DNA of 63,901 nt, counting the filler, from Phoronis australis (taxonomy: Eukaryota; Animalia; Phoronida): NCBI GenBank assembly GCA_002633005.1. It is 11 parts of 11 records of this genome, joined end to end, with 100 filler letters (N's around TTAATTAATTAA, not from the genome) between each part and the next. Parts side by side here need not be neighbours in the genome. Positions count along the whole stretch, not along the records: positions 21,793 to 37,339 come from NMRA01001528.1; 10 more parts are not named here. One strand, written 5' to 3'. The position numbers were made by a program, and so were the translations under genes. Shown here in pieces: positions 24,156 to 36,090 of this stretch. The notes under the pieces were generated by a model, which was not told the DNA's origin, made no database searches, and saw nothing but the letters and a program-made list of their open reading frames with translations. The stretch's first letter is position 1, and the number at the start of each line of letters is the position of its first letter.

Positions 24156-24486
24156 GTTGTCCCAGACAATCGGACAGTCATTAATGTCGAGCCCTCGAAC
24201 ATTGTGCATTTTAAACCATTTTGATACTGCAGTGTGTCTCTTAATTCAATGGACAGGTGCTGTCTGTGTGATGAATGAATACACAGATAAGACCAAAAAA
24301 GTGACTTGACCTAAGTTTCATTTCCAGTCTCTGACGCCCTGTATCAGGTTTAACCTATTAAAAATTTTGCACAGATCAATCTACTGCTCAGAGGGAAAAT
24401 AAATAAACTTTCATGGTTTTTTGTCTTTTATTCGGACCATTTAGTGCTTTTAACCATTTTAACTTATGTTTTTTTGTTAATCACAG

Positions 24487-24727
24487 TGAGGAATGTTATA
24501 ATTTGGACTTCTTCAAAAAGATGGTGGCGTTCGTTATGGCGTACAGCTTCACAGAGCCGCTTCATGATGATGATGATGGTGATGATGACAACGAGGATGA
24601 TGACGTCAAGTCTCCACCTATGATGGTGCCTGTGGCAGACATATTGAATCACGTGGCAAAACACAACGCGCACCTACAGTTTGAGAAAGAATGTCTGAAG
24701 ATGGTCACAATCATGCCAATTAAAAAG
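24487..24727 (+). CDS. SETD6: N-lysine methyltransferase SETD6, internal exon
   Basis: cacag|...[13 protein letters not shown](acidic run)[38 protein letters not shown]|gtg. Matches the SETD6 SET motifs VMAYSF.EP and MVPAADILNH. Confidence 0.92.
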
Positions 24728-24935
24728 GTGTTGTATTCATGGGTGGAACGTGTGGCCAAAACAGGGGGGGTTGATTCATGGGTGGAACATGTGGCTAGAT
24801 ACGGGGGTGCTGTATTTATGGGTGGAACATGTGGCGAGATAGGGGTTGTTGTATTTATGGGTTGATTGTGTGGCTAGGTAGGGGGGTGTTGTATTTATGG
24901 GTGGAGCGTTTGGCCAGTATGGGGGGAGGGTTGTA
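24728..24935 (+). repeat. ~40-bp G-rich minisatellite (~5 copies) starting at the SETD6 donor
   Basis: Units like gttgtattyatgggtggaacrtgtggcyagatagggggg. Confidence 0.8.
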
Positions 24936-24990
24936 GGTCATATCTCTCACTGCCAATGTCAGGACCCTAGTGTCATTGATACCTATATGA

Positions 24991-27900
24991 TAGGGACGTG
25001 ACAAAGTCTTATCTCAACGCTGATTGGCTTTTCCCAGATGTTGCGTAATGGCAATTATCGATTAGACAGCCATTGTTTCACGGTGGCTATAGTATTTCCA
25101 CTCTCTCTCCTCCAGAAACCAAGAAAACGGGGAACCACATTATTGATGACGTAGACCGTAAATTCTTCTGGGCATTTGTCATTTTATTTGTTGAATTTTC
25201 ATTCTTGTCAAAGCATGTCACTGGTGAGAAGTTGGGGGAATTTTCCGCTCCTGTTTGACTGCTTGTATTTTGAAAGGTGAGTTATTTTTTCTTATGAAAT
25301 GTGTTCTTTATTCTTTTTTTATATCTTTTGCAACTGCTCACCAAATTTCAATTCAATCAAATCACCGTATCATGATCTGCTAACTCCGTGAAGTTAAGAC
25401 CCGAGGCAGGCATTCTCGCCAACCAGCCATAACAGATCACTGTATCGGCATTGCCGTTTATGGTTAACAATTGCTCTTAAATTAGGTAGATTGACTAGTT
25501 TAGAAGAATTGATCAATTTGGATGAAGTTCCATACATTTTCATGTGTATTTTTTGTATATCAATGACTTTGTAAGGTGTAGTATAGGTAATCTTGGTCCT
25601 GCGAATTTTGGTCATGTAATCAAATCTCTGGGATTTGATTACGTGACCAAAACCCGAATTCTTTGATAATGTTTAAGTGTGATTTTGGCTAGATTTTCTT
25701 CACAATATTGCCATGTTTTACTGTTTTCTTGTGAAATAAAACCACAGTTTGTCAATTCCATATGACATTAGTGTTTTTGTTGATTTTTTCATTGAATAAC
25801 ATGTAATAATTTTCTAATCAAACACGTTAAAAAAATTCTTCAGTTTGGGACAAGAATAGTTGCTGATATTGTTATTCTTTCAAAAGTTAAGTTGGTGCCT
25901 GAAAAATCATTGAGTAGGTACATCGATTCTTTTACCTTCTTGATGTATTTGACAAAATATAACTCCACTGGTCTGACATGATATTGTGTCCACAACTGGA
26001 GAATTTACATTTGTAGTTTTCAAGTTCTTGAAGTACACTCATTAAGGAAAGGAACTGTTCAATTTTTTGAAAAATGATAAATCAATGCATTTTGTGAACA
26101 CAAAATGCCTCATAAAAAGTATAATTTTTTGTTATGTGTTGCTCATCTAAGTAGAATGTTTTTCACTTTGTTGCACATCAGCGTAAAAAAATTCAAACTT
26201 TAGTTTTAGGGTTCGTAGTGAGTGTTTAATAGTAATTACAGGACAAGGCAGTCTGAATCATTTGGTGTACAACAAATATATTATGACACTGTACATTGGT
26301 ATGTTAATTTTCTTACATGTCTTTTTTATATNAATGAAGTTGTTTTAAATTTTGACGTATAGACTGATTTTTGAAAATCTACTGGTTTTTATATGGACTG
26401 TCTCTTAAGCATTAAGCAGGCCAAATAACAATTGCACACGTTCGCTAAAAAACTTACCCGCTTTTGGAAGTACAACGGCGTCCTCCACGTCCACTTCGGG
26501 GAGATCAACCAGACGGAAACCCCTGGTCTTGACCCAAAATTTGAATTTCGGGTCCACATCGCTGCTGTTGGGGTTCTTCAAGTGGTCGACAATCTGTGCG
26601 TAACGCGCGTCGGACACCATGCGCGAATTCGATTTCGCGAGAACTTCGTCAAGAACGGATTGCATATGAGTTGAGTGATCCATGATACTTTTTACCGCTT
26701 AAACAACGAACGAAAAAGCAAAAAAAAAAACTGAAAAGCAAACGCGACGATTTTCCGAGTAGCAGATGACGACGGAGCCGGGGGCCAACAAAGCCTGCGG
26801 CAGGCGCCATCGGATATATAGCCGGTCCGACAACAATAGGCACAATTTGGGTGACCAATGGCCGCTCGATAGATTGTCAGGGGAGTGACCATCGACAGTC
26901 AGCCACGTGCCGTATCATTAATAATCAAGACGAGAGAAAAACAGAATGTAATTTGTCTCTCTGGTAAACCGTGTGTTGTGAACGCTTTTCGAAGGCTTTT
27001 GCAACTGAGATTGGCACATTTACGTGACTATTTCATCAATTATTACTGTACATAGAATTTAAAAAAATTATTGAGTTGTATATACGTTTATTTTGTATAT
27101 TTGAAACAAAATAATCAATGCAGTACAAGGAATTCATCGGAAAATCGATCTACTTGCACTTAACTGCGCTTCTGCCGCTGATCCGCAAACGGGCCGCCCG
27201 TTTGCGGATGACGTCATGAACACACATTTTGCTTACGTCATCCCTATATTGCGCAGATCAACATAACGCGCACAACATTTGTCAGTTGAATCAGAGCCAT
27301 CCACCTCAACACCATCCTCTAAGCGAGAAGCCCTAACACCTAGGAAACAAAAACTAAAAGAGACGGCTACAGTATGTTTCGAAGGAAAAGAAAACCATTC
27401 ATGACCTCAAGTCTTCACTGAAGTCTGCAAAAGCATGTCAGATCAAACATTTGACACAGCAGATAAAGCGCCAGAAAGTTACCACTGAACAAAAGAAAAA
27501 TGTAATCAGTTTGTGTGCCCCCAAGGGCAACTTTTTGTGTGTTTTCTTGTGTATCTTTAAAGTTCATTGATGGATTTTCATGAAACTTGGTAGTTAGGTT
27601 TCTATTAAGGAGACTACAATGCATTCCCATTTTCAGACATATTTGATGTATTCTGCATTACCTAAATTTTCTAGTGCACTTGCTCCATCCGCATTGCACC
27701 CCCTAGTGGGATTAAAATAATGACGATCCTTTGTATCTGTGCGATGCACTTAGTGTGCCCTTGTATTTGTTACAGATGGACTTTTGAACCTCTGGGAAGT
27801 CTTGTTGCTGGTCAAGCAAAAATTTGTTCTTACTTAAAGTTGAACGAATCTCGTTTTGGTTTCATTTGTCTTGTAAAATTGTATTACTACAACTACTTTT

Positions 27901-28219
27901 CGGTTATGGGTGGCAGCCATCTTGGCAGCCATTTTATACAAAATAAACATGTATGCATAACACAATTGTCTGATATCCTTGCAGTTCATAAAAACACCTT
28001 TANAAACTAATTTTGGGTCACATATACACCCATTCATTTACATGTATTCAGTGGACTAAAATAAAGGGCTAATTATCGCTCTTCAAACGTTCATAAAAAG
28101 TCAACGGCTCAACGGAATTTGTTAATTTTTTTTTTGTTTGAATCTGTTTTGGATGTTTTTTTAAATCAATGCATTTTTAAATATTAAATAAGAATTTGAA
28201 TTTTTTTGTCACGTCCCTA
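24991..28219. mobile_element. Putative composite DNA-transposon interval bounded by 15-bp inverted repeats
   Basis: TAGGGACGTGACAAA at 24991 and TTTGTCACGTCCCTA ending at 28219. Frameshifted basic coiled-coil fragment (TPRKQKLK...) at ~27285-27495. Confidence 0.45.
26458..26683 (-). CDS. Ginger2-transposase/NOL4-like N-terminal exon
   Basis: MDHS...RYAQIVDHLKNPNSSDVDPKFKFWVKTRGFRLVDLP..VVLP then G|gtaagt. Resembles the NOL4 N-terminal motif KY.RIVQLL...AKFKFWVKSKGFQL, which is shared with integrase-type DNA transposases. Confidence 0.6.
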
Positions 28220-30018
28220 AGTAGTAACCCGTCTGTAAATAAAAAGTGGCTGTGCAGTGCCAGTGGCAGTGGCTAGTCTACAGACACAGGCAGGGTCCGT
28301 CGCACATTCCAGTCATACAAAGAACTTACTGAATCAATAAAAAATCATTGGATCATAATTCTAACGCATGAACAGTTCTCAGGAGACAAAATTGTAATAA
28401 AATAACTTGTTGTAAACCAAAGTTTATGTAATCACGCCAATGCCAGTTGCCGGAAGTTGACAAGGAGCTTCTTTAAAAAGTCCACAGGTGGTACTCTGAA
28501 ATAAAACTTTTTTATTTTAACTGTCAAATTAGGGTAAGTTAGAGAGTCCAAAAAGGATTATTCTAGAGCTTATTTCGTATCTGTATATTTTATCTTACTT
28601 AGATGGAGCAAAAATTTACAATCATTTTTTCTAACCAATCACATCTTTCGACAAATTGTATTTGGTGAGTTCGGTGTAGACGAATCAAACGCAAGTTAAC
28701 TAACTATGCTTGGTTTGACGAGAAATTCCCCAGCGGTGGAATCTAAAATTCGACCGCGTTTATTGTTTCACATCTTACATTTTTGATCAATTCTGTCAGA
28801 TCCAGAACGGTGAGTACTTTGGCTCTAGTTGGATATAATGAACTTGGTGAATGCACATTGTCAAGTGTTTCAGCTTTACCAAACCGGACAAACGTTAAAT
28901 GTTTTAGAGCAGTTGTCATTTGACCCTGTTCACCAGACGGTCAGTGGTCATGGTGGTTATGCCATACACTCATACAGGGCCTCCATACGTCGAAAGCTTT
29001 CCGTCAAATTATGCCTCACACTGATTATTACTTTAGTACTTTTTGCGCACATGAAAAGACGGGACACTTTAGGATATCGTTGATGTCTTAACTCTTCCCA
29101 CCATGAGTTCAACAAAACAACATAAAATTGACCCAAATTCTACTCAAGTTCTCATATTTCGTCAGACAGCTCTCGCTGAATGTTCCTGTGTGTAATTTCA
29201 AGCAATTTATTCCATGAAAAACATGAAGCTGTCTGTGATCCACTTGAAGGTAATCTGCTGACTCTCCACCTTATTAAATTTAGGAAACTTGGCTACATTA
29301 CAGTGATTGTCACAATAGTAAAGCATGCCCAAGTTTGGAACATAAATCGAGAACAAAATGGTGAGAGTTCGACTGTTGAAACAAAATTCTTTTTTCCAGC
29401 AATTGTTATTTGAGCACGACTCCAAATTATTGAACAAAATACCTCAAGAACGAGATTTTAGTTGTTTGTTTTTTCTGACAGCACCACACTGTCTTAATAT
29501 GGAAACAGTGATTCCTACTTATCATCAGAGCTTTCATTTTTTGTTCAATTCAAAATCAAGAGTCACGTTATTCTTAAAAAAGTGCAATTAAAAACACTGA
29601 CACTAGTTACAGAAAACCCCAGGCATGCTTTTGAGCACTTTTATCAGTGTTTTAATTCACGAAGTTAGATGTATGCTGGTGAAAGGACTTTATCTATGTT
29701 CGTTTCAAAAAACAACATTTTTGCCAAAAAACTAAGGTCACGAAAACACGAGAATAGTACAATGTAGATTTGCCTACTCTGAATTCAGAAAACATAAATT
29801 AAAGGCTTGAGAGTCGCTAATTACTGACTGTAGATATTTTAAGTAGAAGTTAGACAACATTTTATTCAAGGGTGTACGTAACCTTAATTACTAACTCCGA
29901 ACTCCTTTTCTTTCCTTGAAACTATGAGAATAAAAATGAGAATCATGGGGTCAGCAAGTGTGTCAGTAGACACGCATCACCACTTATTAACCAATAGCAG
30001 CACGGCATGAGATAGTAC

Positions 30019-30127
30019 CTGTAACCTCTAGCAGCAAGCCGGCTTTTCATTGGAGGAGACACCTCCGTGGCATAAACATGTTCAAAATGTTGCTCCATGT
30101 TGGCAGTTACCATACCATCACCTGCGC
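30019..30127 (-). CDS. METTL9: METTL9 exon 4
   Basis: ctatag|(G)AGDGMVTANMEQHFEHVYATEVSPPMKSRLAARGYR|gtac. Completes the SAM motif LDLGAGDG. Confidence 0.95.
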
Positions 30128-30873
30128 CTATAGAAACAAACAGAGCTAAGTCAGACCGTATTAAACATACGGTGTGACTAATCAACACAAGTTACATCGG
30201 GGTTCTGTTCCATGAAAGGTGACTTTTAAAACAGAAATTTGGCCTTAAGCTCCACAAAACTATTCCTGACGATGTACTTACCGGAAGTAAAATGTGCTAT
30301 GTCTGCTAGGTATCACTAGTGAATAGTGACGTCTCAGCTTATGTGTAATATCACAAATTTCGTCCATTGAAAATATACAGAGTTGACGGTCCATGTACCA
30401 TAGTCTATGGTGTTAACTCAAAACTAAAATTAAAATTCTTGTTTGCTTATTTTGAAAAGATCTGATGTTCTGTTGAAAAAGCATCATTTGAAAATAAATT
30501 TAATTTCACTAAACTGGCTTGGGTTAAAATTAATTTGACAAAAAACATCATGATGTTAAAACTAAGTGGAAAGAGTAATATTTATGTTCCCCCAAATATT
30601 GCACCACTGAAAAATGTACAGTTTTAAAACAATTACTAAAATCAGACAAATTATTGAAGAAAATTGACATGAATACGTCAGTCATTTCAAAGCTAATTAC
30701 CACTAAAAAAGGATTTATCGTCAAATATCTATAGTATAAAATACTCCAGTCACTGCAAAATGTTGAGTCAAGCCTGACATTAACAATGACCGGGATGAAC
30801 ACAGAGCAGACTCTTATCATTCTGTACATCTCACAATCTCTTCCTCATTCATTGAAACAAAAGTCAAATATAC

Positions 30874-30974
30874 CCAGATCTAATAAACTTCCAGCCTTCC
30901 AGTGAATATCTTTGCCCATCAGTGTGAGAAACTGTCTGTTGGAGAAGACAAACATAGACCCTCTATTCAGCAGA
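30874..30974 (-). CDS. METTL9: METTL9 exon 3
   Basis: ttttacag|LLNRGSMFVFSNRQFLTLMGKDIHWKAGSLLDLG|gtat. RGSMFVFS is a METTL9 hallmark. Confidence 0.95.
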
Positions 30975-31399
30975 CTGTAAAAGAACCCGGGTCAACATTA
31001 TGAATATTCATGCAATTCTACCATAAAATCTCACCAAATTCGGACAAAAATAATTGCCAAAAATGCCTTTTTCATTTTTAAGAGCTTCTAACCTTGTTGC
31101 GAATGCTCAAAATTTTTTAAAACTTTTTTGATGGTAGCAGTAGTACAAAACATCAAAAAAAGAAAAAATAACTTTGTGTTACATAATATTACGTTTCTTG
31201 CAAAAAATGAGACAGTTATAAAATTTCACCTGTCGGCCAAATTGTGTCCTAAATTGGCGAGTTGCATCATCAACAACAAGTGTGTCGGAAAGCCAACCAC
31301 CATACTCGTCTGGGTTACACTCCCAGAGCGGAACTAAAAATTTATGGTCTAGGAGGTGCTACGGTAGGGATTAATCCAAGAACGGGCGCTCACACTTTA

Positions 31400-31870
31400 C
31401 TTTGTTTAAAAAATAGTTGAGGATGGCTGCTTACTCGAACAGTCATTCAGATTCATACTGAAGAAGTTACATTGACGTCGGACTTCGTGAGTAAGTGTGA
31501 TATAAAATATTGGAGGCGTGTAGGCAATGTAGCAAGGCCCTTAGCATCTAGAAACACAAACAACAGTTCGGTATCTTGACATGCCATAGCTTTTCACGCA
31601 ATCATGACTTGTTGCTGCTCACCTAGATCACCTGCCGACAGCCCATTACCATACCCTCCGTGTTTCCAATGCAATAACCTAATTTGGAGGAAATTATTAC
31701 GGGCGCACAACTTTCTAACAACGGAGGAATGTGAAGTCCCCTTATCAGTACCTTGCTGTCGCCAGAATTCCTTCAATGACCTAAGAAACCGAGCCGGGTA
31801 AAGCACCTCGCCTAGCCTAGTCTTGGTGCAGCAACTGGTCGGTAAATGCTTATTCCCATTTCACGACATA
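31400..31870 (-). mobile_element. Possible highly decayed LINE 3' fragment in a METTL9 intron
   Basis: Frameshifted remnants resembling the L.LETGRY...C...E.HF.F C-terminus of non-LTR ORF2. Confidence 0.3.
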
Positions 31871-32335
31871 TCTTTAAATTTTCCAATGCAAATATTAGAC
31901 AGCTGGTAATGAGATGGCCACGAGCTACTTATGCAAATGCACAAAGTACAGAGATATTAGAATGTGGATGAGCCACAACCCATTTCTTGTCTCTTAGTAA
32001 AGAGCAAGAGAGTACAGGTATTTTCTATCCTGAATGAGACAAGGTTCTGTTGAAACCGATTGATCGCGAGTTGCATACTGTTTGAAACTAAAATTCTGGG
32101 GAGACAGGCATTCGCAAACAGGCACTATTAACTGGGAGTTGGGTCAAGCCAAATAAGGACAGTTAAAAGTGAAAATTTGGAAATTTCAGGGGCTGTTGGT
32201 AAGCTTAGCATTGGTGTCAACCCAGACGAACACGATAACAAACAAAGCATGTACATCTTGAATACTGATTCTTATGACGTAACAACTGGCCACAGATGTA
32301 GGTTTGTCATTTAACTTCTAACAATGTACAATTAC

Positions 32336-32526
32336 CCATTGGCTGATGTCTGGGTCATGAACACGTGTAGAATAGGTCTGACAATAGCATGGAAGATGTT
32401 AGTGAACACGAAATCCGATTTTTCAAAGCAAGAGTCCAAAAAAGCAGTCGTCTTCTCATCTTGGTGACACTGTATAAATTTATGCAGGATCGTCTCTGGC
32501 AGTAAGTCACACTTTACGCTGTACCA
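32336..32526 (-). CDS. METTL9: METTL9 exon 2
   Basis: tttcag|WYSVKCDLLPETILHKFIQCHQDEKTTAFLDSCFEKSDFVFTNIFHAIVRPILHVFMTQTSANG|gtaa, 191 nt. Confidence 0.92.
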
Positions 32527-32706
32527 CTGAAATATGGAGACAAAACAGATTAGTTTTAGCCTAGTAAGTATCCTATATAAGTCTCACTTTAAGCTGTACC
32601 ATTGTAATTTATAGCCAAACAGATTAGTTTTAGCCTAATAAGTATCCTATATAAGTCTCACTTTAAGCTGTACCATTAAAATTTATAGCCAAACAGATTA
32701 GTTTTT
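32503..32706 (+). repeat. ~75-bp tandem triplication spanning the METTL9 exon-2 acceptor
   Basis: aagtc(a/t)cacttta(c/a)gctgtacca...aaacagattagtttt occurs three times (~32504, ~32580, ~32653). Confidence 0.85.
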
Positions 32707-32881
32707 AAATTGTAAACCCAATATTGTAAACAATAGAATTTATTGTTTGAAATCTCTGATGGTAACGTAATCTTGACGAATGCCTAAAAATAATGTCCAA
32801 AAATTTGTTAACACATGACAAAGTTTTTCGAGATCGTTGTGATTTCCACAAACATTAATTTATTTAATAATTAATTCATTC

Positions 32882-33230
32882 CTTATCAACTTGTGTTGTT
32901 GCACCCAAACTGATGCCTACGCCAGTGTGGCGCTGGTTAGTAAGCCAAATTGAAGCTGCCGTATGATACCAAATTACTGCCAGTAATTTACACCGTGTTT
33001 TTAATGGTTATCACAACTGAAATTGATGACAACAAGTGCTTACATACGCAGGTCAGGAGGGAAGAGTCCTGAGAAACTATTACTCACCACCTCGCACTCA
33101 TTGTTGTCATAATTTCAGTTCTGATAACCATTAAAAAGTTCCATAAATTGCTGGCAATAATTTGGGAGCTTACGGTAGCTTCAGTTTGGCGCAGGCATCA
33201 GTTTGGTTCAACAAAACAATTCTGATAAGC
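32882..33230. mobile_element. Foldback/MITE with long imperfect arms
   Basis: cttatca..ccaaactgatgcct..ttttaatggttatcacaactgaaatt pairs with aatttcagttctgataaccattaaaaa..aggcatcagtttgg..tgataag. Confidence 0.7.
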
Positions 33231-33379
33231 TGGAAACTTACAGAACATATGTTTTGAAAATTATTGAGATGTAATTGACAATGTAAATGCTAGATCTGAT
33301 ATGGCAAGATTAAGAGGTTCTGATCAGCGGATTGAAAAGGGTCAAATCAGAATATCATTTTGTTACCGAATGTCTACGG

Positions 33380-33735
33380 TGACCTTAGGAAACGGTATAT
33401 CCCGTTATCAAATTATTTCTTCTAGCAGTCCCTCGTTCGCTTCGCAAAATCGGTAACTCGCCATTTTCACCGCACTGCGCGCGCTAGGGGAAACGACGCG
33501 TGCAGTGTTAGAAATGGCGAGTTACTGATTTTAGGAACTGAATGAGGGACTGCTCGAAGAAAAAGTTTGATAACAGGAGTATTTGTTGAGTTGGAAGGAG
33601 CCTAAATACGCCGACGGCCTCCTAAGGTGTCTCTCTAAGCGCAAAAGGCATCTATAACAAACGTGACTTTGATGTTTTAGTCAGTGCGTGGCATAATTTT
33701 CTGAAAAGCTTCTGTCATATGAAGCGCCTATAGTA
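33380..33735. mobile_element. Palindromic element related to the 5625/6270 repeat family
   Basis: gttatcaaa..agcagtccctc..gtaactcgccattt pairs with aaatggcgagttac..gagggactgct..tttgataac. Confidence 0.7.
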
Positions 33736-33828
33736 GGAGCTCCACGGTCTCTACAGTCTACTGGTGGTGCCAGTGGCAGTGGAGACGGTGGTCACTGTCT
33801 ACGATTACGGACGGTGTACCCTACTTAC

Positions 33829-33930
33829 GCATGTGTGTGGGTTGTCTCTATGCTCATTTTGCTCGACTAGGCTGTAGTAAATAGCCCTTGCAAAAGGGCT
33901 CCTTATATGCAACAAACGACTTTCAGCCAT
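33829..33930 (-). CDS. METTL9: Protein-L-histidine N-pros-methyltransferase METTL9, exon 1
   Basis: MAESRLLHIRSPFARAIYYSLVEQNEHRDNPHTC|gtaagt. Compare the METTL9 LRSPLTRSLY motif. Phase 0. Confidence 0.8.
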
Positions 33931-34149
33931 GAGGAGAGGATGCAAGAAAACAACAATAAAACCGCATGCTATGTGGACCACCATGAAACTCTCATACAGA
34001 TGACAGGAAATAAGTTTAAGGTGCCATCTAGCGGCAATCTCAACACTTGGTTCCCAGCGGCTAAACGTACTCTATTGCAAGAATACAAAGATACGTACAT
34101 AAATCCGTGCATTCACAAATACGAAAATTAACCAAAGCCTTGTCGGATG

Positions 34150-34799
34150 AAGCAGAGTGTTAAATTGATAACAACAATAACAAGGAGTATTTACAAATGT
34201 ACAGCTATATATAAAAGGTCAAAAGGACATTAAATTAACAGGGAGCTACATTGTAACAAGGGAGACTAAAGCCGAGACCAGAGACGTTAACACTGAAAAA
34301 CTTACAAGAGGCAATGTAATCTACATCGTTAGGAATTGAACGTCCAGTGAAGTATGTACAGTAAAAAGGAAAAAATTATAGATCTCGATAGATAATGACT
34401 ATGTTGATATATAATATGAACTGGACATACAGAGTATGCATTCGTTATCATGACTAGCTAATGAGTACGATAGTTGCCTTAAAAGATATGTACAATATAA
34501 AGCTAAAGTTTAGCTAATAAATAGTACGAGACTAATAAATAGTACGAGATAAAAAAGAAAAAGTGAATAAACGGCTTAAAAGTTTATACAATCATAGACA
34601 GGTCTCTAAGTTTCCGGATTCCGTGTTTGAAAGTTTGAATTGTTTTTGCCGGCGTTCAGTTTTGATGTGGTCGTCTATTGAATTTTACAGTTTGGGTACT
34701 AAAAATCTAAAACTGTGCAGGCCATATTTTGTCGTGTTGACGTTGGGAATACGAGGATTCATTAAACAAACTGTGTTTGCCTCATGAGAATTAAGTATG
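34150..34799 (-). mobile_element. Decayed L2/Crack-type LINE 3' end
   Basis: Minus strand reads PNVNTTKYGLHSFRFLVPKL*NSIDDHIK, the typical end of CR1/L2-group ORF2, followed by an AT-rich UTR. Left boundary approximate. Confidence 0.6.
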
Positions 34800-35836
34800 T
34801 GTAACGGGGGCGGTATCTACGACCAAGGCGCCCCGATTTTACGAGCCCGGTGCGGACTGAGGGTGATGTTGAAAACTAAAAGTTGGTGAATAATACATAG
34901 GTTTATTGTAAGAATATATAACTACAATATTCCACACTTACAAGCAATCCAGTTGTTCCATAACTTAGTATCGCAGCGNTTTAGTTTTATTATGGCGATA
35001 CGATATACCATTTATTTAACGTCAAGTTCCTTATGATAAAAGAAAACATTAGCCTTAGGTTAATACTACTGACATTGAAAAGACAAAAATAAAAATTAAG
35101 AAGAAAGAATGCAAGCGGTCTGATTTCTCTCGCTGGTTCCCTTGTATGGCACTGCTGTGCGTGAACTTGGAATCCCGCTTAATCTCAAGGTCTCGTATGC
35201 GTGAACTTGGAATACAGGAGGAAACTTAACAATTAATTTAAATTCACTCAAATAATTACGTTCACGTTGATAAAAGTTTGCACTGCACTAAATCGAATTA
35301 CATGTTAACAAAAAACGTAAATTTGAACCAATCTTTTTCAAATGTTGGCGATCTCATTCACCAAACAATAGTTGATTTAATACCTGTTCCAGGATTTTTA
35401 GTTAGGGGTGCCAGGGCAGAGTATTAACCAGGATTTTGCCCGTCAGACATTCACACCCCCGAATTGCCAAATGGAGACTGGGAGAGTTTTGGGGGAATAT
35501 GCCCCCCTTGCCCCCTCTAAATCCCCCACTGCATTCACATATTCCTCAGATTCTTTGACACAAGTTACGCTAAAGGAGAAAATGGGTGATCATGAGGCTG
35601 ATAATTACAAAAATTCTTTTCAAATGAATATTCAATTCCGTAGGCCTACACGATCTTCACTTTACACACACATATATATAGGGTTCCAAGTTGACGCACA
35701 GCAGCACGACCGCATAGCGCATTTCACTTACATGGATAATATGACCTTTGATCTTTGGTGTAAACAAAACAATGGTGATTTCATCTGCAGTCAATCTGAC
35801 TTCTTTGAGCGAATGAGCACATATATATCATTAGAG

Positions 35837-36090
35837 CATGGGCGCGCAGCACTGAAAAAAGTGTGGGGCTAAAGCCCCCTCAGCCCCCCTGTGGTGCACC
35901 GCCTACAGACCATGTGCGGCGTAGCACTTAAAAATGTGAGGGCTAAAGCCCCCTCAGCCTCCCTGTGGTGCACCGCCTATAGACCATGTGCGGCGTAGCA
36001 CTGAAAAAANNNNNNNNNNNNNNNNNNNNNNNNNNNGGGGGGTTTAGCCCCCCCCCCCACCCCCTAGCCCCCTATGGTGCGCCGCCCATG
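35837..36090. repeat. Tandem array (~3 units, ~73 bp) of a very short MITE-like unit
   Basis: Begins catgggcgcgca and ends tgcgccgcccatg. Repeated gggctaaagccccctcagcc..gtggtgcaccgccta. Includes a short N gap. Confidence 0.7.

Noticed and set aside
34800-35310. Solo LTR starting TGTAAC
   Set aside because: The TG start and a minus-strand AATAAA are suggestive, but I could not define the other end or a TSD.
35408-35872. 154-aa ORF
   Set aside because: No recognisable motif, GTG start, and it runs through MITE-like fragments.
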